Below, one piece after another: positions 35,568 through 40,715 of a DNA stretch of 40,715 bases; the first letter of the stretch is position 1; every line of letters begins with the position of its first letter. The notes beneath the pieces were generated by a model. The model was not told the DNA's origin. It did no database searches and saw nothing but the letters and a program-made list of their open reading frames with translations. A program made the position numbers and the translations under genes. This DNA is from a virus (lineage: Duplodnaviria > Heunggongvirae > Uroviricota > Caudoviricetes), in the IMG/VR virus record IMGVR_UViG_2851933302_000004; one strand, written 5' to 3'.

Positions 35568-35720
35568 ATGCAGTGGAAAATCATCAACGGTTGGTACTGC
35601 GTTACTGCATGCGGATTCATGAGCTGGAAGTTCCGCACCTTACAGGAAGGCATTAAGTGGGCTTTCGTCAGCAAAGAAGCTCGCGATGTGGCCAACGATA
35701 ACGAGATATGGGAGGTCTGA
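35568..35720 (+). CDS. Small hypothetical ORF (50 aa), first gene of rightward early operon
   Basis: ATG with GAGG 9 nt upstream; below ORF-track length cut-off; read directly from sequence. Confidence 0.3.
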   Translation: MQWKIINGWYCVTACGFMSWKFRTLQEGIKWAFVSKEARDVANDNEIWEV

Positions 35721-35722
35721 TA

Positions 35723-36022
35723 ATGAACGTTAATCAGCAGAAAAATCTTCAAAAAATCATGCTGGCATTCGACAAGGACTACCGCCTGTCAGAACAGCTA
35801 TATGACCGACAAGTTGAACTGATCGAGAGCATCCGGCTTCATCAACTGGCCTCAACTTTCGACGCTGTAACAGGTAAAGGCGTTCGCCAGGAAGTACTGG
35901 AGGCCGCTAAAGACAGTCCAGAGTTCGAAGAACTGATGGATTCCTACCGGCGCGAGGCAATGGCAATTATAGCGCGCTGGGATCTGGCTGATCAGCTTGA
36001 TGGGCAGAGGGACGCGGCATGA
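35723..36022 (+). CDS. Hypothetical protein
   Basis: ORF 35708..36022 trimmed to ATG 35723 with GGGAGG RBS. Confidence 0.5.
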   Translation: MNVNQQKNLQKIMLAFDKDYRLSEQLYDRQVELIESIRLHQLASTFDAVTGKGVRQEVLEAAKDSPEFEELMDSYRREAMAIIARWDLADQLDGQRDAA

Positions 36023-36225
36023 AACCAACACTCCTCTCATTGCTGCGAGGTGGAAAACACAGCATCCGAGATATGGCAAAGATTCTTGGTATCTCAAGAT
36101 CGAAGGTTTCTTGGTTCATCGCTGAGCTTGAACGTCGCAAATGGGTAGAGGTAACCAGGAGCGCAATATATTTCCACGATGGAACCCGTTCCAACAAGCA
36201 GAACGAATACAAGGTTAAGTTATGA
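36019..36225 (+). CDS. Small putative DNA-binding (HTH) protein
   Basis: 68 aa; IRDMAKILGISRSKVSWFI helix-turn-helix-like segment. Confidence 0.45.
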   Translation: MKPTLLSLLRGGKHSIRDMAKILGISRSKVSWFIAELERRKWVEVTRSAIYFHDGTRSNKQNEYKVKL

Positions 36226-37043
36226 ATACTGGCATCTATTTCGACATCAGCAATGAGGACTACCACGCCGGTGACGGCGTGAGTAAGTCGCAACTGGACA
36301 TGGTTGCCAAGAATCCGGCGCTTCTTAAATGGGTTCAGGCAGCACCAGAAGACGAAGAGAAAAAGTCTGCACTGGATATGGGAACCGCATTGCACTGTCT
36401 GCTTCTGGAGCCTAGAGAGTTCGACAAACGCTTCATTGTTTCACCGAAATTCGATCGTCGGACGAAACAAGGTAAAGCTGACGAAGAGGCATTTCTTCGT
36501 GATGTGGCGGATATGGGGATTACGGTACTTGATGCCGAGCAGTGGCGGAAACTGGAACTGATGCGTGATAGCGCAATGGCTCACCCGGCGGCACGCTGGA
36601 TGTTGGAAGCACCTGGTTACTGCGAAGCGTCAATGTACTGGAACGATGAAGAAACGGGTGAGTTGTGCCGAATTCGTCCAGACAAATGGCTGAACGAGCA
36701 CAACGTGATCATCGACGTGAAAAAGGTTGCAGATATGGACCGTTTTGCACGTCACATCGAGGAATTCCGCTACCACGTGCAGGACGCAATGTACCGCGAA
36801 GGCGCAATGAGGGTTACTGGTCAGCCGCATGGTTTTTTCTTTCTTGCCGTGAGCGAAAGCATTGATTGTGGTCGGTATCCGGTACGCGTGTTCGAGCTGG
36901 ATGCGCCGGATGTCGATGCCGGGCACGCTCTGTTCCGCCGGGATCTGAATACCTATCACGAATGCCGCATCAACGATGAGTGGGGCGGAGTGGAAATTAT
37001 TAAACGCCCTGACTGGGCACGTAAACAGGATATGTACGTATGA
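36222..37043 (+). CDS. PD-(D/E)XK exonuclease-like recombination protein
   Basis: 273 aa; IIDVKK motif; paired with downstream annealing protein. Confidence 0.55.
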   Translation: MNTGIYFDISNEDYHAGDGVSKSQLDMVAKNPALLKWVQAAPEDEEKKSALDMGTALHCLLLEPREFDKRFIVSPKFDRRTKQGKADEEAFLRDVADMGITVLDAEQWRKLELMRDSAMAHPAARWMLEAPGYCEASMYWNDEETGELCRIRPDKWLNEHNVIIDVKKVADMDRFARHIEEFRYHVQDAMYREGAMRVTGQPHGFFFLAVSESIDCGRYPVRVFELDAPDVDAGHALFRRDLNTYHECRINDEWGGVEIIKRPDWARKQDMYV

Positions 37044-37921
37044 GCAATGATATCGCAATCACATCACAACCAGGCGCAACTGTAGGCACTGCTGCGGCAA
37101 TCTTCAGCCCCGAGGGAATGAATCAACTGGTGCGTTTCGCTGAGTTGATGTCACAAAGCAAAGCGACTGTACCGAAACATCTTGAAGGCAAACCTGCCGA
37201 TTGCCTGGCGGTGACCATGCAGGCGGCACAGTGGGGAATGAACCCTTTCGCCGTGGCGCAGAAAACGCATGTGGTAAACGGAACGTTAGGCTACGAAGCA
37301 CAGTTGGTAAACGCGGTCGTATCCTCGTCAAGCCTGCTGGCGACACGCCTGAATTATCGCTGGAGCGGTGACTGGTCGAATGTTAACGGCAAAACAGATA
37401 AATCACCGAATCTGACGGTAACTGTGTCAGCAGTTCTTAAAGGAGAAGCAGAACCACGTGAGCTTACCATCAGTATGGCGCAAGCCGGAGTGCGTAACTC
37501 TCCATTGTGGGAACAGGATCCGCGCCAGCAGCTTGCCTATCTTTGCACGAAACGATGGGCTCGCCTGCACGCTCCTGATGTACTTCTCGGTGTTTACACA
37601 CCAGACGAATTACAGGAAACGGCACCGCGCGTTGAGCGAGACATTACTCCGCAAACTACCACTGCTGCGGGAATGAACAGTCTGATCAACGCTAAAACAG
37701 TGAAAAAGCCTGATGAGCAAACGCGTAAAGCGGATAGCCGTGATCCAGAAGAAATGCTGATGGCCTTTACCAGCGCAGCGATGAATTACAGCACTGTCTC
37801 CGAACTGGATAAGGCTTACAAATACATTGCACAAAAACTTTCAGATGATGACGAACTGCTGGCAAAAGCCACCGACGTTTACAGCGTTCGTCGGGAAGAA
37901 TTAAACGAAACATCTATGTAA
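37040..37921 (+). CDS. Single-strand annealing protein, Red-beta/RecT superfamily
   Basis: 293 aa; C-terminal region resembles recalled lambda Bet (shared ERDITP segment). Confidence 0.6.
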   Translation: MSNDIAITSQPGATVGTAAAIFSPEGMNQLVRFAELMSQSKATVPKHLEGKPADCLAVTMQAAQWGMNPFAVAQKTHVVNGTLGYEAQLVNAVVSSSSLLATRLNYRWSGDWSNVNGKTDKSPNLTVTVSAVLKGEAEPRELTISMAQAGVRNSPLWEQDPRQQLAYLCTKRWARLHAPDVLLGVYTPDELQETAPRVERDITPQTTTAAGMNSLINAKTVKKPDEQTRKADSRDPEEMLMAFTSAAMNYSTVSELDKAYKYIAQKLSDDDELLAKATDVYSVRREELNETSM

Positions 37922-37970
37922 CCACCACCGCGGCGCCACACGCGCCGCACTGCAACCAAGAGAGGTATTT

Positions 37971-38219
37971 ATGAAAGGTGCATTAGGTAAGAAGGAACTC
38001 CTGGCGGTGGTGCCACTGTCATGGAGCACTATCGACCGTATGGAGCGCGCAGGGGAATTTCCTAAACGCTGGTATATCACTGACAAACGCTGTGCATGGA
38101 ACCGTGACGAAGTTGAGCGTTGGCTTGATGAACGTCAGGCAGCAAGCCCGGCAGAGTTCCAGGGTAAAAAACCTCCTGTTCAGCAACGTGTATATCGTCC
38201 CGTGAGCAACGCTGCATGA
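37971..38219 (+). CDS. AlpA-like small DNA-binding protein (excisionase/regulator family)
   Basis: 82 aa; LLAVVPLSWSTIDRMERAGEFPK..WNRDEVERWL matches AlpA-type pattern; AGAGAGG RBS. Confidence 0.6.
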   Translation: MKGALGKKELLAVVPLSWSTIDRMERAGEFPKRWYITDKRCAWNRDEVERWLDERQAASPAEFQGKKPPVQQRVYRPVSNAA

Positions 38220-38328
38220 GTGCGCTGCTAAGGCACTGGAGCAAATGGTCAGGATGGTACTTATTCCTGGCCTCTGTTTCAGCATGGCTTTATCTGCTGG
38301 CATTAATTTTCAGAGAGGGTTGGATTAA

Positions 38329-38628
38329 GTGAGAAAGTTAAGCCGACTTGAAAAATATCACATGAATAAGGTTTCAATGCGCAGTCCGTCAAAGATTGTC
38401 GCCGTTACTCCTGCGGCGATAGAGATCGAAAAACGCGCGATTGAAAGAGAGAAAAAAGGGCAGTTCCGCATTGCCGCTCACCTTTGGCTTCAGTGTATGG
38501 ATGTTGCTTCTGGTGATGTTGAACGTGCAAGGATCGCGGTTCGCAGGGACCAATGTATCACAAAAGGTAACGGCCTTCGCCGTGGCGACTATAGCGGCAT
38601 AGGATGTTGTGGGGTGGTTTATGACTAA
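38329..38628 (+). CDS. Hypothetical protein
   Basis: 99 aa ORF. Confidence 0.4.
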   Translation: MRKLSRLEKYHMNKVSMRSPSKIVAVTPAAIEIEKRAIEREKKGQFRIAAHLWLQCMDVASGDVERARIAVRRDQCITKGNGLRRGDYSGIGCCGVVYD

Positions 38629-39270
38629 GAAATACACACTAATCTATGCAGATCCACCCTGGGTATACCGGGACAAAGCCGCAGATGGTAATCGCGGTGC
38701 CGGTTTTAAATATCCGGTTATGAGTGTGCTGGATATCTGCCGCCTTCCTGTGTGGGATTTGGCCGATGAAAACTGTCTGTTGGCCATGTGGTGGGTGCCA
38801 ACACAACCACTCGAAGCACTAAAAGTTGTTGAAGCCTGGGGATTCCGTCTGATGACGATGAAGGGCTTCACGTGGATAAAATGTGGTAGTCGACAACCAG
38901 ATAAACTTGTTATGGGTATGGGACACATGACTCGCGCCAATAGTGAAGATTGCCTGTTTGCGGTAAAGGGAAACTACCTCCGCGCATTAATGCAGGGATC
39001 GTTCAGTCATTTACCGCACCGCGGCTTGAGCACTCAAGAAAACCAGATGTCGTTCGTGAAAAACTTGTGCAATTGTTAGGCGATGTTTCTCGCATTGAAC
39101 TATTCGCCCGCCAGTCGTCTCATGGCTTCGATGTTTGGGGTAATCAGTGCGAAGACCCGGCAGTGCAACTACACCCTGGATACGCGTTGGATATTGGCGG
39201 ATTAACAAATGCATTCAGCATTTCTCCGCTGTCACCAACAGACAACCAGGGGCGGGAGCGTGCTGCATGA
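38621..39270 (+). pseudogene. MT-A70-family DNA N6-adenine methyltransferase, interrupted by a 1-nt frameshift near 38965..38973
   Basis: N-terminal ORF has IYADPPWVY motif; C-terminal part (RLEHSRKPD..IELFARQ..DVWGNQ) continues in a different frame from about 38962; shift maps to short A/G homopolymer. Confidence 0.65.
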
Positions 39271-39461
39271 ACAGGGCATCACCAGCAGATTTAAGAAAAT
39301 GCCTTGAAACTGCAAACATGCTTGCACACAGCGGGATCAGGTTTGTTCCAATTCCCGCCGTCACTGATGCTGAATTTGCAACACTGTCAGCAATATTCGA
39401 AAACAAAATTGAATCACTGGCAGCAGAAGCAGAGATGGAAGAAAATCAGCAGAACTATTAA
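39267..39461 (+). CDS. Hypothetical small protein
   Basis: ORF 39147..39461 trimmed to ATG 39267 overlapping methyltransferase stop (ATGA). Confidence 0.35.
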   Translation: MNRASPADLRKCLETANMLAHSGIRFVPIPAVTDAEFATLSAIFENKIESLAAEAEMEENQQNY

Positions 39462-39464
39462 ACG

Positions 39465-40715
39465 TTATTCCCCCGCCATCCACTTCTCAAACTTCGACGG
39501 GGAGAACGGAATCAGATCCGTATGCTCCCCGTTAATCCAGGAATCAATCATATCGGCCCACTGCTGCAACATGTAGGCGCGCTGTCTGGCGTATTCCGCT
39601 TTGTTATATACGGCGCGCACACCTTTCTGCTCATGTGCCAGAGCCTTTTCAATCCAGTCTGAAGGATAACCAGCCTCATGCAACAACGTACTGGCTGTAC
39701 GGCGCATATCGTGTACGGTGAAGCCCTGAATATGCTCACCATCTTCATTTATTATTTTCACCGTTCTGTCGATCAGAGAGTTCAGCGCGGCATTAGATAA
39801 TGGCTTCCGGAAATTGTAACGACCAGGAACCAGATATTCACTTCCACCAGCGCACATCTGCAACCCAACCAATATATCCTGTGCCTGTTTAGGCAGGTAA
39901 ATAACGTGCGCCCGGCTTCCCTTCATGCGGTCTGAAGGAATTGTCCATGTCCATTTTTTAAAATCTATTTCATCCCACGTTGCATTGGTGAATTCGCCTT
40001 TACGAACCATAGTGATAAGCACCAGCTTTAAAGCCATTTTCATAGTGCCCATAGCACCAATGGCATCCAGCGTGCGGAAGAACAGGCCAATTTCTTCTGG
40101 TGTCAGTGTTCGCTCTCGTGGTTTAAATATGGCGATAGACGAAGGTTTAATGTCAGCCGCAGGATTAAACAAACCATGACCACGGTCATTGGCGTGACGG
40201 TATACGCTGCTGATGATCTCCCTGGCCTGTACTGCTGTTGCCCGACCACCGCGTTCGACAATCCGGTCACACAAATCACGAACCATCGATGTGGTAATTT
40301 CAGCCATCATTTTGTTGCCAAGAACCGGAAGTATGTCACGGTCGATCACCGCCTGCTTCATTGCGCGGGTACTGTCAGCCAGGATGACGTGTTTCATATA
40401 ACTGTCGGTATGTACCGCAAACGTCTCGGCACCACGAATCTTTTTGATACCGTCACGTTTAGCCGCAGCCGGCGACTGGCCTGCTTTAAGCAGCTTCTTT
40501 GCAGCAATCAGTTCTTCTCGCGCTTCTGCCAGGCTGATACCGTCACGCCCATACTGCCCGATTACCAGTGTTTCGCGGCGACCGTTGATACGGTAGTCAT
40601 AGCGAAACGAGACCGTGCCTGACGTAAGCACAGCTACATACAGCCCGTCACGATCGGAGACCTTGTACAGTTTGTCCTGCGGCTTGAGGTTTTTTAATTT
40701 TGTATCGGTAAGCAC
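39465..40715 (-). CDS. Tyrosine integrase (P4-like family); N-terminus at or just beyond the window edge
   Basis: 416 aa; N-terminal LTDTKLKNLKP..LYVAV..SFRYDYR pattern and C-terminal catalytic segments; the first codon at the window edge is GTG. Confidence 0.85.
   Translation of the reverse strand: MLTDTKLKNLKPQDKLYKVSDRDGLYVAVLTSGTVSFRYDYRINGRRETLVIGQYGRDGISLAEAREELIAAKKLLKAGQSPAAAKRDGIKKIRGAETFAVHTDSYMKHVILADSTRAMKQAVIDRDILPVLGNKMMAEITTSMVRDLCDRIVERGGRATAVQAREIISSVYRHANDRGHGLFNPAADIKPSSIAIFKPRERTLTPEEIGLFFRTLDAIGAMGTMKMALKLVLITMVRKGEFTNATWDEIDFKKWTWTIPSDRMKGSRAHVIYLPKQAQDILVGLQMCAGGSEYLVPGRYNFRKPLSNAALNSLIDRTVKIINEDGEHIQGFTVHDMRRTASTLLHEAGYPSDWIEKALAHEQKGVRAVYNKAEYARQRAYMLQQWADMIDSWINGEHTDLIPFSPSKFEKWMAGE

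Larger units (their letters stand above)
1142..40715. mobile_element. Integrated temperate phage (prophage), nearly complete; right end and attachment site lie beyond the window
   Basis: Contiguous phage modules: lysis, tailspike, virion, terminase, replication, immunity, recombination, integrase; left boundary inferred between 1071 and 1290. Confidence 0.85.

Noticed and set aside
1-40715. CRISPR array or insertion sequence
   Set aside because: No regularly spaced direct repeats with unique spacers and no transposase-like ORF with terminal inverted repeats.

Overview
The window is almost entirely one integrated temperate phage (about 1.1 kb to the right edge, roughly 39.6 kb), with two small secreted-protein genes at the left that may be chromosomal flank. 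Calls rest on reading the six-frame translations and the DNA directly; no database search was run, so family assignments are recalled similarity and need confirmation. Right to left on the minus strand the prophage runs: P4-type tyrosine integrase (at the window edge), a rightward early operon (PD-(D/E)XK exonuclease, Red-beta-like annealing protein, AlpA-like regulator, frameshifted MT-A70 methyltransferase), an immunity region (two-HTH repressor lacking a visible autocleavage domain, Cro-like regulator, three operators between them), lambda-type replication genes O and P with iterons inside O, then a late operon with small and large terminase, a plus-strand island carrying tRNA-Arg(UCU) and a moron, portal, scaffold, major capsid, and a T7-like series of tail tubular and internal virion proteins. 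A 3.6 kb cargo island separates these from a 1039-aa tailspike whose central domain matches K1-capsule endosialidases, followed by a four-gene lysis cassette. The most interesting signals are a near-consensus LexA box in front of a small candidate antirepressor whose domain recurs fused to a Bro-N protein, a TTACC-N5-GGTAA palindrome present at 12 positions across the prophage, and an AT-rich two-gene module with a YafO-like toxin.
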